51,918 bases of DNA from Chiloscyllium plagiosum (taxonomy: Eukaryota). A program made the translations under genes and the position numbers. Positions 35,690 to 49,175 of this stretch are shown piece by piece. The notes beneath the pieces were generated by a model that saw only the letters and a list, made by a program, of their open reading frames with translations, was not told the DNA's origin and searched no databases. How positions within the stretch are numbered: the first letter of the stretch is position 1; each line of letters opens with the position of its first letter. The DNA lies in assembly GCF_004010195.1 (NCBI RefSeq), contig NC_057719.1, forward strand, positions 31,997,982 to 32,049,899, read 5' to 3'.

Positions 35690-38600
35690 TTATAGAACTT
35701 AGAAAAGTACAGCACAGAACAGGCCCTTAGGCCCACAATGTTGTGCCGCAACTTAATCCTAATGTAATATATAGTAATTTAACCTACGCACCCCTCAACT
35801 CACTGCTATCCATGTGCATGTCCAGCAGTTACTTAAATGTCCCCAATGACTTCACTTCCACCACCTCAACTGGCAACGCATTCCATGCATTCACAACTCT
35901 CTGCATAAAGAACCTACCTCTGATGTCTCCTTTATACCTTCCTCCTAAACTATGACTTCTAGTACCAGTCAATCCTGCCCTGAGTAAAAGTCTCTGGCTA
36001 TTGACTCTATCTATTCCTCTCATTATTTTGTACACCTCGATCAGGTCTCCTCTCTTCCTCCTTCTCTCCAGAGAGAAAAGTCCAAGCTTTTCAACCTTTC
36101 TTCATAAAGCAAGCCCTCCAGTCCAGGCAGCATCCTGGTAAACCTTCTTTGCACCCTCTACAAAGCTTCTGTATCTTTCCTATAGTAGGGTGACCAGAAC
36201 TGGCCACAATATTCCAAGTGTGGTCTCACCAGGGACTTGTAGAGCTGCAGCAAAACCTCGCGGCTCTTAAACTTGATATCCCTGTTAATGAAAGCCAAAA
36301 CACCATATGCTTTCTTAACAACCCTATCCATTTGGGTGGCAACTTTGAGGGATCTATGTACTTGCACACCCAGATCCCTCTGTTCCTCCACACTGCCAAG
36401 AATCCTGTCTTTAATCCTGTATTCAACATTCGGGTTCGACCTTCTTACTGCTTCCCATTTATCCAGGTTGAACTCCATCTGCCATTTCTCAGCCCAGCTC
36501 TGCATCCTGTCGATGTCGTGCTGCAGCCTGCAATATCCCTCTATACGATCGATGACACTTCCAACCTTTGTGTCATCTACAAATTTACTAACCCATCCTT
36601 CAACCTCTTCATCCAAGTCATTTATAAAAACTACAAAGAGCAGAGGTCCAAGAACAGAGACTGCGGGACCCCACTCAACACTGACCTCCAGGCAGAATAC
36701 TTTCCATCTACAGCCACTCTCTGCCTTCTGTCAGCCAGCCAATTCTAAATCCAGATAGCCAAATCTCCCTGTATCCCATACTTCCTGACTTTATGGATCA
36801 GCCTACCTTGGGGAACCCCATCAAATGCCTTGCTGAAGTCCATATACACCACATCTACTGCTTGACTGTCGTCAACCTGTCTTGACACCTCCTCAAAGAA
36901 CTCAATAAGATTTGTGAGGCATGACCTGCCCCTCATAAAGCCATGCTGACTGCATTTAATCACACTATGGTTTGCCAAATAGTCATAAATCCTATCCCTC
37001 AGAATTCTTTCCACAACTTTGCTGACCACAGACGTAAGAACTGACTGGTCTGTAATTGCCAAGGATTTCCCTATTACCCTTCTTGAAAAGTGGAACAACA
37101 TTCGCCTCCTTCCAATCCTCCGGTATGACCCCCGTGGAGGGTGAGGAGACAAATATCTTCTTCAGCGGCTTAGCTTTCTCACTTCCTGGAGCAGCCTAGG
37201 ATAGATCTGGTCTGGCCCTGGGGACTTATCAATCTTAATGTTTTCCAAAATTTCAATCACATCAGCTTCATCAATCTTGATCTGGTCAAGCCTGTATCCC
37301 AGCTCCTCTAAGTTTTCGTTTACAACAAGTTCCCTTTTCTTGGTGAAAACTGAAGCAAAACACTCATTTAGGGCTTCCCCTATCTGCTCAGACTCCACGC
37401 ACAAGTTCCCTCCACTATCCCTGTTTGGCCCTACCTTCTCCCTGATCATTCTCTTATTCCTCACGTATGAGTAAAACACCTTTGAGTTCTCCCTAATCCG
37501 TCTTGCCAAGCCTTTTTCGTGCCCCCTCCTGGCTCTCCTCAGTCCATTTCTGAGCTCCTTTATAGCGAGCCTGTAATCCGCTAAAGATGTGCTAGATCCT
37601 TGCTCCCTCCACCTTACTTTAGCTGCCTTCTTCCCTTTGATGAGAAGTTCCTCTGTTCTCGTCATCCAAGGTTCCTTAATCTTACCCCTTCTTACCTGCC
37701 TCAGAGGAACAAATTTGTGCATCACTCGCAACAACTGCTCCCTAAATAGTCTCCACATGTCTGCTGTCCCCTTTCTGTGGAACAATTCCTCCCAGTCTGT
37801 ACTTCCCAACTCCTCGTCAGCCTGTCTACATACTGAGAAAGGAAACCCTCCTGAACACACCTGACAAAAATGGCTCCATCCAAACCATCTGCATTTAGGA
37901 GGTTCCAGTCAATATCGGGAAAGTTGAAATCACCCACAACAACAACCCTGCTACTTTTGCATTTTTCCAGAATCTGCCCGTCTCTGAGTTCTTCAATCTC
38001 TCTACTGCTATTAGGTGGTCTGTAGAAAACCCCCAATGTGGTGGCTGTTCCCTTGCTGTTCCTAACTTCCACCCATACTGACTCAGTAGACAAACCTTCC
38101 TCAACAACCTTTGTTTCTATAGCTGTGATGCACTCTCTAATTAGCAATGCTACACCCCTCCTCTTTTTCTACCCTCCCTATTCTTTTTAAACGTTCTAAA
38201 TCCTGGAACATCAAGCAACCATTCCTGCCCCTGTGAAACCCACATCTCTGTTATGGCCACAACATCGTAGCCCCAAGTACTGATCCACACGTTCAGTTTG
38301 TCACTCTTATTCCGGACACTCCTTGCATTAAAGCAAACACACTTTAACCGATCCCTATGTTTCATTGTGTGAGAAACCTTCCTGATAGATTCAATATATT
38401 TCATTGTGTGAGAAACCTTCCTGATAGATTCAATATATCCTGTAATTGTCCCGTCTGCAACTGACCCCCTCTCAGACATGTGGCTCTGATTCCCACCCCC
38501 TGCCAAACTAGTTGAAACCCTCCCGAATTGCATGAGCAAATCTCCCACCCAGGACATTTGTCCTCGTTCTTCATGTACAGGACTACCTTCCCCAGAAGGT

Positions 38601-39625
38601 ATCCCAATGGTCTAGGTATCTGAAGCCCTCCCTCCTGCACCAGCCTCACAGCCACGTGTTAAACTGCATTCGCTGACTGTTCCCCATCTCACTATCTTGT
38701 GGCACCGGTAGCAAACCTGAGATCACTACTCTACTCGTCCTGCTCTTCAGCTTCCAACCTAACTCTCTGTAGTCACTTTTCATATCCTCAATCCCTTTCC
38801 TGTCTATATCATTGGTGCCAATATGTACCATAATTTCTGGCTGCTCACCCTTCCCCTTCAGAATCTTGTAAACCCGATCGGTGACATCCTGGACCCTGGC
38901 ACCAGGGAGACAACATACCTTCCGGGAGTCCCCTTCCTGACCACAAAACCTCCTGTCAATCCATCTAACTATTGAGTCCCCTACCACTAGCGCTATTCTA
39001 TTTCCCCCCCACTTCCTTCTGAGCCACAGTGCCAGGCTCAGTGCCAGAGACCTGACAACGATGGCTTACCCCTTGTAGGCTGTCCCCACCAGCCCTATCC
39101 AAACCGGTATACTTGTTGCTGAGGGAAACAGCCACAGGGGATCCCTGCTCTGACTGTCAGTTCCCTTTCCTCCCCCTGACAGTAACCCAGCTGTCCTTAT
39201 TCTGTGTCTGGGGAGTGACCACCTACCTGTACATCCTTTCAATTTCCCCCTCAGCCTCCCGAATAATCTGTAGTTCATCCAGCTCCAGCTCCAGTTCCCT
39301 AACTCTGTTTTCAAGGAGCTGGAGCTGGGTGCACTTCCCACAGATATAGTTGGCAGAGACATGTGAAGTGTCTCTCATCTGCCACATTCTGCAGGAGGAA
39401 CATGCAACTGCCATAACATCCATATCCCACTACTCTGAAAGCCCGCACAGGACTAAACAAAGGAAGAGAAGAAAAAAAAGAAACCTGAAAACTTACCTCA
39501 GTTACAGACCCTTAGTAAGGTAGAGGAGGTGAGTGGGAGGGAGGCCCTATGTTGTAGGGTCTCTGGTTCACCCACTTAAAATCTTCCCAGAAGTCCTTCG
39601 CTTCTCCCTCACATCTCTCGGCAAA
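35690..39625 (-). mobile_element. Near-full-length decayed CR1 LINE (different subfamily), with an internal deletion near 37812
   Basis: ORF1 MDVMAVACSSCRMW...CGKCTQLQLLENRVRELELELDEL (39423), VGDSIVR...LPGARV...HIGTND. ORF2 CFNARS...AITE, FYRPPN, GDFNFP, QHGFMRGRSCLTNL, FVDDTK. 3' tail present. Confidence 0.96.
38360..38438. repeat. ~40-bp tandem duplication inside CR1
   Basis: tttcattgtgtgagaaaccttcctgatagattcaatata occurs twice. Confidence 0.92.
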
Positions 39626-39724
39626 TGGAGTTGACTTGTTCACATCTACTTGTATAATTGTTGTGAATGAATCAGATATTCATGTCTTCACATGAGGCTG
39701 CAATTGATTGACAGGAAATTTGAA

Positions 39725-40080
39725 CTGAGCCCTCTATACTAATGTGTCAATGACTTGGATGAAAGAAAGTTTGCAGCCAGCAGTATGCTAAGAAGCAAGT
39801 TTTGCTGCTAAGTTAGCTTCAAGTGGAAGTAGGATGTTACAAAGAGACATAGATTTGCAGAGCAGGAAACCTGTAACAAATGAGTTCAATATAGTGAAAA
39901 CTGACCAATCAAAATATCCTGTTCATGATGACAAACCAGGAATTGTGGAGGAGCATGGATTTGGTGTCAATGTATGCAATTGCAAGTAAACAAGCAGAAA
40001 AAGTAATCCAAAAGACAAATGAATGTGTCTTCTTATCTCAAAAAGCTGAATTGAGAAAGGAGGGAATTATGTTTTTAAAA
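39725..40080 (+). mobile_element. Highly decayed CR1 RT fragment
   Basis: caatgacttggatgaa..aagtttgcag..ttacaaagagacataga..gagttcaat reads as NDLDE/KFA/LQRDID/EFN remnants. Confidence 0.45.
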
Positions 40081-40664
40081 CAACAGAAAGCAGCTAGAGT
40101 GGAACAATGGTTCAAATCTTCTGGTCTTTGGATTATTGGGCACTTCATGTATGATAGAAGATGAACAACAGAACACTGTGGAAATCCTGATTTGTGGATC
40201 CACGTGGAAATTTCCTTGGAAGCTTACATTGCAATGGCAATTCCAATGTTCTCTGGACTTTCCCTGAATGACTGCAACTTAATGGGGGGGGTCACGTGGA
40301 TAGCTATCCAGTTGTTAGATTAAATCCTGATTTTAACCTGATCACATGACTACATGTTTATCCAAATCCAATTGTCCCCATCCCCATAACCACTCAATTA
40401 TTCTCTCGACAACTGCACTATCTCTACAGCTCACCCTTTGACCTGAACTGGTTGTCCTTTGACCTGAATTCCCACTCTTCCACCAATCATCATACCCATT
40501 GCACCCTTATCCGTGCACCCATCTACTTACTCACCTCCCCACCTCCCCATCCATTTATCCAACATCTATTCACTCAGCCTTCCAACCACCAACCTACTCA
40601 TCACCCACTCAATCAATTATGAACTTGCTCATCACCCATTCACCTCCCTCCCCACCTCACCTAT

Positions 40665-41150
40665 CTCGGAGAATGCTGGAGAAGAAACTGCTGGATCAGG
40701 CAACTATGAGTCATAACCCAGCAGGAAAGGGATGGTCTTTTTCCCAGTCATGTTGGGGTAATGATCCAAGGAGAATTGTATCAGAGACCTTGGAAGGAGT
40801 GGAATAACCTAGTGATAAGACAGTTTACCTGGTGCTGCGTTGAAGGCCTCAGAAGGTGTGTATTTATTTCAGGGGTATTATTGAATAAAAGGCCTGTGGG
40901 GGAGGGGGGGAAGACGCTGAGAACTTTGGGGAAGGGATTGGTGATAAGGAAAGGAAGACTTGCAGAGGGGAGATTAGAGATTTGAGGTTTGGTTTATGGC
41001 ACAGAATGTGAAGTTGACTGACGTAGGATTGCAGGTATGGCACAAGGATTATAGCATTTGGGGAGGAAGTCAAAAAACTGATTAGGATGAGGAGATGGCG
41101 CTTCCATAATGGTTGATTTTTAACTCTAGGAGGCAATATTCATTGCATCT
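40665..41150 (-). mobile_element. Possible old L2-like LINE fragment
   Basis: Pyrimidine-rich minus strand with weak RT-like remnants only. Confidence 0.25.
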
Positions 41151-41484
41151 CTGAAGTTGTCATGCTTTCTGACAAACATGACTGGACAGAGAAATTTAAA
41201 ACAAAGAAGTGATGAGGCACAGAATTGAATGAAACTGTCTAATCCTCCTCCTGAGAGCAGGTTTATAGCTTGTGACCACAGGGTTTGACTTTTGGTAGTT
41301 TAACCTCCTACATAAACCTCCAAAATCTGGGATGAGATTCCCCTTTATGCCTGTGTATGTCAAATTTCTTTTTGAAAAGATTATTTTCACAAAGCGTTGT
41401 TTTTACTTGTTGCTTATCCTTGGTGATGGTAGAAAGACTCATTCTTTTTTCTCTGTTCAAGGGAAGTAAGCAGTGTTGACAAAG

Positions 41485-41636
41485 TTACCCATCCCTAAAT
41501 GCCATTGGGTGGTACACTCTGTCTGGTATGGGTATACCCACAATGGATGTAGGACGAGAATTCTAGGATTTTGACTCAGTATCAATTACGTTGCAGGTAG
41601 GATGGTGTGTGACTTGACTGGGATCTTTCCCATTCC
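41485..41636 (-). mobile_element. Decayed 3' end of the LINE that shares its tail with the second SINE
   Basis: cccatccctaaatgcc (tail antisense) is followed by acccacaat...aggattttgactcag...aggatggtgtgtgacttg rather than by the SINE body. Confidence 0.5.
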
Positions 41637-41649
41637 TAGTTAAGTGACA

Positions 41650-42805
41650 AGGTAGACAGGTAGGAAGATAGAAGAACACAGCAAGCCAGGCAGCTTTAGG
41701 AGCTAGAAAGGTCGATGTTTTGGGCGTAACCCTTCTTCAGGACTTGGGGTGGGTGTAGGAGGAGCTGCAGATAAAAGGGGTGGCGGGGGCAGGGTGGTGA
41801 AGTGGGGATAGGTGGAGTAGGTAGAGGGTACGACCTGGTTGGTCAATTGGAGGAATGAGTCTGGTAGGTGGCTGGGACAAGAGGGAGGGGCTGGGAAAGG
41901 AGTCTGGGGAAGGGAAAGGAGGTCATTTGAAATTGGTGAACTGAATGTTGAGTCCTCTGGGCTGTAGGCTACTCGGGGGAAGATGAGGTGTTGTTTCTCC
42001 AATTTGCAGTTGGCTTCCTTGAGGCAATGGAGGAGACCAAGGATTGTCATGTCGAAAAGGAAGTGGGAAGGGGAATTAAAATGGGCGGTGAGAGGGAGGT
42101 CCGGTCAGCCCCTGAGGGCCTGGCTGAGATGCTCAGTGAACCGTTCCCTAAGTTTATGTTTGGTCTCCCCGATGTAGAGAAGACCACATTGGGAGCACCT
42201 GATGCAATAAACTAGGTTGGAAGAGAGGCAGGTGAACTTCTGTCTCACCGAACGTAAACTTAGGGAACGGTTTGCTGAGCACCTCAGCCGGGCCCTCAGA
42301 GGCCGACCGGACCTCCCAGTCACCGTCTATTTTAATTCCTTTTACCACTCCCTTTCCGACATGACCATCCTTGGCCTCCTCCTTTGTCACAACAAACCAA
42401 ATCATAAATTGAAGGAACAACACCTCATCATCCACCTGGGTAGCCTACAGCTTGGAGGGATCAACATTGAGTTCTCCAATTTCAAATAATCTCCCTTCCC
42501 ATCACCTGAAGCACTTCCCAGCCCTTCTCTCTCCCCTCTACTCCTCCCTGCCACCAACTGGATTCGTTCCTCCCATTGACCCACTAGGTTGTACCCTCTA
42601 CCTATCTTCACCTATCCCCATCTCACCACCCTGCCCCACCACTCCCTTTATCTGCAGCTCCTCTTACACCCACTCCCAGTCTTGAAGAAGGTTACACCCG
42701 AAACATGACTTCTCTAACTCCTGATACTGCCTGGCTTGCTGTGCTCTTACAGCCTCCTGCCTGTCTTTGGATTCCAGCATATGCAGCTTCTTTGTGTCTC
42801 TAATA
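41650..42805. mobile_element. Penelope-like element with a ~550-bp inverted duplication (GIY-YIG C-terminus + 3' end on both strands)
   Basis: Minus arm: NLVYCIRCSQCGLLYIGETKHKLRERFTEHL. Plus arm: RKLRERFAEHL...MTILGLL...INIEFSNFK. The junction is at ~42250. Confidence 0.9.
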
Positions 42806-43889
42806 TGACAAGGTGGCAATATCATTTAGTGATTCTTATTTGTACTGAATGTCTTGTTCAGCCACACCCCAGGCCTTTCACTTCAACCAATTATTATTAA
42901 GATATGATAACAAATGACAATTGAAACAAAGCCAGTTCCAACATTTAAGATGGAACAAAATAATTGAAAAATGAATATGCTTCCAATCATATGAAATTGC
43001 TGTAGTGAAGAGCTGTCATTTTGTGAGGGGCTAAATGGCTTATTTCTGTGCTAACATCTCTAACATAAATGAAAATATGTGCATTCATAAATCTGTGTTT
43101 ACATTGTACATTTTTATTTTTGCTGTCCAGATTTAGGATGATTTATGTTTTCTTTCACTTTTTGATTAATGTTCTCTGACACAACTGTGGTAATCCAATA
43201 AATTCACCAGCGTATTTCCCTTTAGATCTATAGAGCACTGTCCTCAAAGCTGTCAAAATGATTGCAGTTCCTGATCATGCATTGATCGCAAACACTGTAG
43301 CTCTATGAGTAATAAATACACTGCCTTTGGGTAAGTTGTTCATGTGCCTGAGAATACAGCAGAAAGAGGCACCATGAGCCAAAAATAGAATGATCTATAT
43401 TGGCATTGGGCTAATAAATACACTGTAGGTTCTTGTTTCAATTAAATGCTGTACTATTGGTAGGACTATCTAGTTAATATAAGATTATTCCAAAAGCAAG
43501 GTGCTCAAACTTGTATGTATGTAAGAGTGAGAAGATCAGAGCAAAGAAAAAAAGACCCCATTTTTAGTAATTGTTTCTAAAGCAGAACAATTTGTTCGGC
43601 TGAATCTGAGGTGAGAAGTGTAAACCAATTTTTAATAGTATGCAACAATAAATAACTAAGCTAAGCCAGTTCCAACATTAAACTTAATTAAAACAATTCC
43701 AAAGAAAAATAGTTTAGATCAGAATAAGTTGCTTTAGTAAACGGGTAACTGGATTGATACATTTTTATTGCAGATAGAATTATTAACTAGGTCTATATTC
43801 CTAAATCTGTGTATACATTGTCAATTATTATTTTTGCTATTTATTTTGCAGTTTTGTTGTTTATTGCTTCAATTTCAACCACATTATGG

Positions 43890-44216
43890 AATCATACAAT
43901 CCCTACAATGCAGAAGGAGGCTATTCAGTCCATTGAGTCTGCAATAACTCTCCAAAGAGTATCCCACCCAGACCCAGACCCCCACCTAGCTAATCCACCT
44001 AGCTTAACACATCCCTGGACATTACTGGATAATTTACCATGGCTAATCCACCTCACCTGTACAGCTTTGGACTGTAGGTGAATACCGGAAGAAACCCACG
44101 CAGGCATGGGGAGAATGTGTAAATTCCACACATCGAGTCACAGACAGACTGGAATCAAACTTGGATCCCTGGTGCTGTGAGGCAGCAGTGCTAATCACTG
44201 AGCCACTGAGCTGCTC
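43890..44216 (-). mobile_element. HE1-type V-SINE (older)
   Basis: The minus strand has head gtggctcagtgattagcactgctgcctcacagcaccaggga, the V core and a CR1-like tail. Confidence 0.88.
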
Positions 44217-44954
44217 ATATTAATTATCACTCATCTTCCAGGATTATTTGACTTTGTAAAAAATACCAACTAACCATACATTATGATGTGACTTATTTTT
44301 CTGATTTAATTTTATTTGGCTTTTTCTGATCTTGCTAGTTGTCTTGTCTTTGATTTTGCTGGTCATTTTCTCTATGGCCGTACTTAGTTTTAGGGATTTT
44401 GTCTATTACTCTATGGCTTAGATTTTCCATTTTAAAGTTAAATATGACATCGTGTGTTAGTTAGCATCATATCTGCCAATGCCCTGGACAAGTTATCTCA
44501 TGCAACCACATGGTTCTCAGCTCATTACATGTGCAAATGTGGATACACTGGCAAGGCATTCATCTGCACTTTCCAATAGCACAGAGATGGTCACCTTGGT
44601 GGGTAATCTATCTAGTGTAGGCTTGGGGATGCAATCTGATGGCTGAGACCCTGAGAAGATCTACAGCAATGGGAGTGAGAAACACTCAGGGTTTCCAGAC
44701 ACTCAAAGGGAGAGACCAGGCATTAGCACAACTTCATGGAAAAGAGGTGCCTCTGTACTTGACAGCCATTGACATACTCAGCCGGCAGAGAGAGCCACAT
44801 AGGAATATCAGACAAGTGTGCCAGACATCCTCCATAGATTGGAGTGAGAGATAGAGGAGTCTGTCATGCTCTCTCTACTGTGTAATCTACCTTTTATGAG
44901 CATTTGGCTCCCTCCATGAAAAGTGTGACCGTCACTGTCAAGACCTATGTAAAA

Positions 44955-45230
44955 CAGAGGGAAATGATTTAAAAGGCACCTAAGGGGCAACTTTTTCGTG
45001 CAGAAGGTGGTGCGTTTAAAGAATGGGCTGCCAGAGGAAGTGGTGGAGGCTGGTACAATGTCATCATTTAAAAGGCATCTGGATGGGTATATGAATAGGA
45101 AAAATTTAGAGGGATATGGGCCAAATGCTGGCAAATGACACTGGATTAATTGAGGATATCTGGTTGACAAGGATGAGTTGGACCAAAGGGTCTGTTTCCC
45201 TGCTGTACAACTTTATGACTATATGACTCG
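44955..45230 (+). mobile_element. Short 5'-truncated CR1 3' end
   Basis: LPEEVVEAGT..FKRHLDGYM; tail ttatgactatatgactc. Confidence 0.9.
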
Positions 45231-45591
45231 AGGTCAGTCATACCCCAACACTTATGTATTTGCCTCTGAGTCATCGAAGTAGTACAATGTCAATATCTGA
45301 GCTGGTGGTCAAGTGTGTAAAATTAAGTGACACTTTCTGCTTTATGATTACCTTCTTGTTCTTATCTCTTCCACTTATACTTTTGCCTGAGGAAATGGCA
45401 GTTTTTTGGTATCTGAAACGATAAAGGCTGTTGAAGACTTGGTGATGGTTGCATCAATGTTGGTGAGTACCCTTTACTCCATGAGGTTATGGATATGTAG
45501 CTGGGCCTCTCCCACTTTGATTCAGCTCTGCTGCCTCTGTTTAACAACCTCTTGTCTAGCACAAGGCAGGGAAATACATCCATGAGTATAC

Positions 45592-45920
45592 TTCTTTTCT
45601 TCCATGAGTTGTGGACATCACTGGCTAGGACAGCATTTATTGCCCAGCTCTAATTGCCCAGAGTACAGTCAGAGTCAAGCACATTATTGTTTGTCTGGAG
45701 TCACACTCAGGCCAGACCAGGTAAGGATGGCAGATGTCCCACAGAGCCCTAGTGAAACAGATGGTATTTTACACCAATTAACAGTGGTTGTGGGTTGCCA
45801 TTAGGCTAGCTTTTTGTTCAGTTCAAATTTTAACCTCTATTATGTTGGGGTTCAAACAACTGTCTCTAAAACAGTCTGTATTATTAATCCAAGTGATGTT
45901 AGTGCTATGCTACTGCTTGT
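45592..45920 (-). mobile_element. Complete but decayed copy of the second tRNA-like SINE
   Basis: The head and body are homologous to 2020-2303 (ctggagtcac, ccagac, tagtgaa.cagatgg) and are joined directly to the tail gggcaattagagctgggcaataaatgctg. Confidence 0.75.
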
Positions 45921-48064
45921 CTTGGAGCAATATCTGTGAGTGATGTAGCTATCATGCTAGCAGTGTGTATGGAATGTGAGTGTGAGGTTTACACCAATAT
46001 TAATCATATGTGGCTAATATGAAGCTATGAACCATTTGGGATTCCTGGTAGGTTGGTGAAGTAGGTGTGGTAGAATGTGCACAGTGTGAACTTAGACATC
46101 CAGTGGTGGGATAAGATACTTGGAAATACATTCATTAACTACCTGTGCATCTTGAGTAGCTCCACATCAAATCATTGACTCATTGCATTGATCACCACAG
46201 CCATCTGTCTGCACTGTTAGTCTCAAAGGTCTCCCAGCCATCCGTGCTTAGATCTTATTTCTCTTCATTGTCACTTTCTCCACCACGGCTTCCATTCCCA
46301 TCAGAAACACATAGAGCACATTCTTCCCTCTGTGCCATTATTCACTCTTACCTCTGGACAAACACTTCTGTAAACAGTTCCAGCTCCTGCTCCAGCCAGT
46401 TCTCTTCCAAGAGGTACCAGTAGATTTATACATTAGCTTTAAGAGGTTATAGTCTTGTAAGATCTTGGGTCCCCTCTTGAGGCACACATTCTTCCAAATG
46501 CACATTTGGTACAATCTGCACATAGCTATCATGCAGATTAGCTGTCAGTACCACATTTGCATACTGTTTACAAAATGTGTGTGGTCCAATCATATGTGAT
46601 CATCTACATGTCTATTTTCAGCAGTCATTGAATTTTGGCCCTTGATCTGTTGGGATGTTGGCACTACTGAAATCTTTGCATTGAGACATGGATTTCCACT
46701 TCTTGTTCCTGCTAATGGATTCTTGAATATTCAATTCAATTAAGCGATTTCATTGAAATCTATTTGCCATTTAAAATTTGGGCAAAGAATATTAGGCAGA
46801 GCTAAAATTTAATTCACTGAACAATTGTCTCTTTATATATCCTGTAACCTCCAACAGATCTTGCATTCGCATATTATCAAAGTGGCTCCTGACTGGTTAT
46901 TTCAGTGCAGCAAGGTCCCCTGCCTTCCATCCTGCACCTTCTGTTCTTTGCTACTATGCCTGACAATCACAATGGTCAGATGCATTGTGCTGCCAAGATC
47001 TATTTCAATAATCCTTGCTCTCAATTATGTCAATTTAAAAATAACTCTTGTTGTATACCCTTACAAAAAAAAACCTTTACATGTTTCCGTACAGGTTTTA
47101 TTTTGCACTTGTCATCTGCTGCCATGTTTCTGAGATGGTCCTCACAAATTTGCCTTTGAAATGATGCTGAGATATATGATTTGACATGTGAAGACAAACA
47201 AATTGTTTTGAGAGACTATTTATTTATTGAAAACCATGTGCTACATAGAAGCACCATTAACCATTGGATCCAATGCATTTAGTGTGTTAAGTGCACTGAA
47301 ATGTTACAATTGGAAAGCTTAAGTGGGAATTGTTACATTACAGGAGTATAGAGATCCATGTTCAAAGGATAATTCAAAGATTTTATTTCTTATTATTGTG
47401 ATCACAGTGAAAAGTTGTTCTGAGCATTTTTGTTCAATTTGAATCAGGAAAAAAGAAAGCATCAGATCTTCTGAGTATATTTAGGATTTTTGGATTTGTA
47501 TATTTATGTTAGGTAACAAATGTAAAATGTCCAAGCTAAAGAACTTTTGAGCAAATAGACATTTTTGAGTAGACTTACAATACAAATGAACAGTGATGTA
47601 TAATGCTGAAAGAGAACAACAATATGACATCTCTCAGAAAAGCAGATTGGTAAATACCTAGAATATAGTCAACAGTGTTGAGCATGATATTTTAGCCTGT
47701 CAGCACATATAAGTTCATAAGACAATAAGATGGAAGAGTTTAAGTGGACTATTCAGCCAATTGAATCTTATTCAATGAGATCATAGTTGAGCTGATGAGC
47801 TTCAACCACTTCCCTAACTTATCATCATAATACTTGATGCCATTACTGATTAAAAACCAACTTCTTGCCCTTAAATATATGTAATGACCTAGCCTTGACA
47901 GCCCTCTGGGATAAAGTGTTCCACAGACTGACACCCTCATCCTTGTCTTAAAATGAATGATCCCTAACTCCAAGATTCAATTCTCCAAGATTACCATCTG
48001 TTCCTAAAATATGTCACAAGAGGAAATAACCTTTCTACATCTACCTTGCCAAGGCCCCTAAGAA

Positions 48065-48622
48065 CTTTGAACAAAAACAGAAAGTGCTGGAGAAACTTAA
48101 TAGGTCTGGTAGCATCTGTAGAGAGAGAAACAGAGTTAATGTCAAGGAGTCCAGTGACCCTTCATCTGAACCAAAAGTAACTGGGAAAGAGTGGCATTTA
48201 TTCTGATGATGGGATGGGGACCAGGAAATAGAGTCCATGGGGATGATTCCCAGAGAGAGAGTGAGAGAGAAATAGATAGGCAAACAAAAGGATTGCTGCT
48301 GATAAGCTGAGACAAGGAGATGAATGCTGGGTAGGGTGTTAATGAGAAGCAGAAATGGTTGGATATGGATAGATTGTGCTAGGAGCAACCCATACAAAAC
48401 AGGAGCTAGTGGTATGGGTTGAATGAGGGCTGGAAGGTGTGTCGGGGCAGACTGAGGGTTGGAAGATTTTTTCAGGGCACATCGAGAGTCGGTAGGGGCA
48501 TAGGGGTGGGCTGCCTTTGAGGGGCAGGAAGTGGGAGGGTCAGGCCTTTTGCTAGGTTACTAGGAGTGTCTGTGTAATGAATGCAGAGGAAGTCATTCAC
48601 ATTCTGAAGTTGTTAAACTCAA
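48065..48622 (-). mobile_element. Penelope-like 3' end with a 10-bp TSD
   Basis: TSD cccctaagaa at 48055-48064 and 48623-48632. The minus strand begins EFNNFR (compare EFSNFK), and the terminus is homologous to the 19.5-kb arm. Confidence 0.8.
48421..48578 (+). repeat. 158-bp dispersed duplicate of 49995-50152
   Basis: 154/158 identical by eye. Confidence 0.9.
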
Positions 48623-49175
48623 CCCCTAAGAATCTCGTATGTTTCAGTAAGGTCATGCCTTAGTCTTCTAAACTGCAATGAGTACAGGCCCAACCTATTC
48701 AACTTCTCCTTATAAGATGGTTTGTCCTAGGAATCAATCTGAGTGAATCTCCTCAAACTGCTTCTGATGCCAATATATTTTTTTCTTCAAGAATGGGACC
48801 AAAGCTGTTAACGGTATTCCACGTGTGGTATGATATTGCCTTGTTTAGTTTTAGCAAGACCTCCCTACTTTTATATTCTATTCTCCTTTTAAATAAAGTC
48901 CAACAGTCCATTTGCCTTCCCTATTACCTGCTGAGGTTGAATGCTGGTTTTTGTGTTTCATGGACAAGGACGTCTAAGCCCTTCTGTACTTCAGTTTTCT
49001 GCAATTTTTCCCCCACTTGAATAATTTTCAGCTCTTTTATTCTTTTTGCCAAAGTGAAAATCCTCACATTTTACCACATTATATGACATCTGCCAGCTTT
49101 TTTACCAGTCACTCAATCCAACTATATTCCTCTGTAGATCACTGTATCATCCTCACTACTTGCTTTCCCATCTAT

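Larger units (their letters stand above)
47705..49175 (-). mobile_element. Old CR1 3' portion, interrupted by a Penelope-like element
   Basis: Antisense CR1 tail (cataag...tattcagcc..caatgagatcat), then RT C-terminal remnants from 48623 to 49175. Confidence 0.8.

Noticed and set aside
40370..40660. C-rich ORFs (Pro/Ser/His-rich), similar to those at 6880-6965 and 8500-8760
   Set aside because: Low-complexity sequence, probably the interior of an unclassified repeat.
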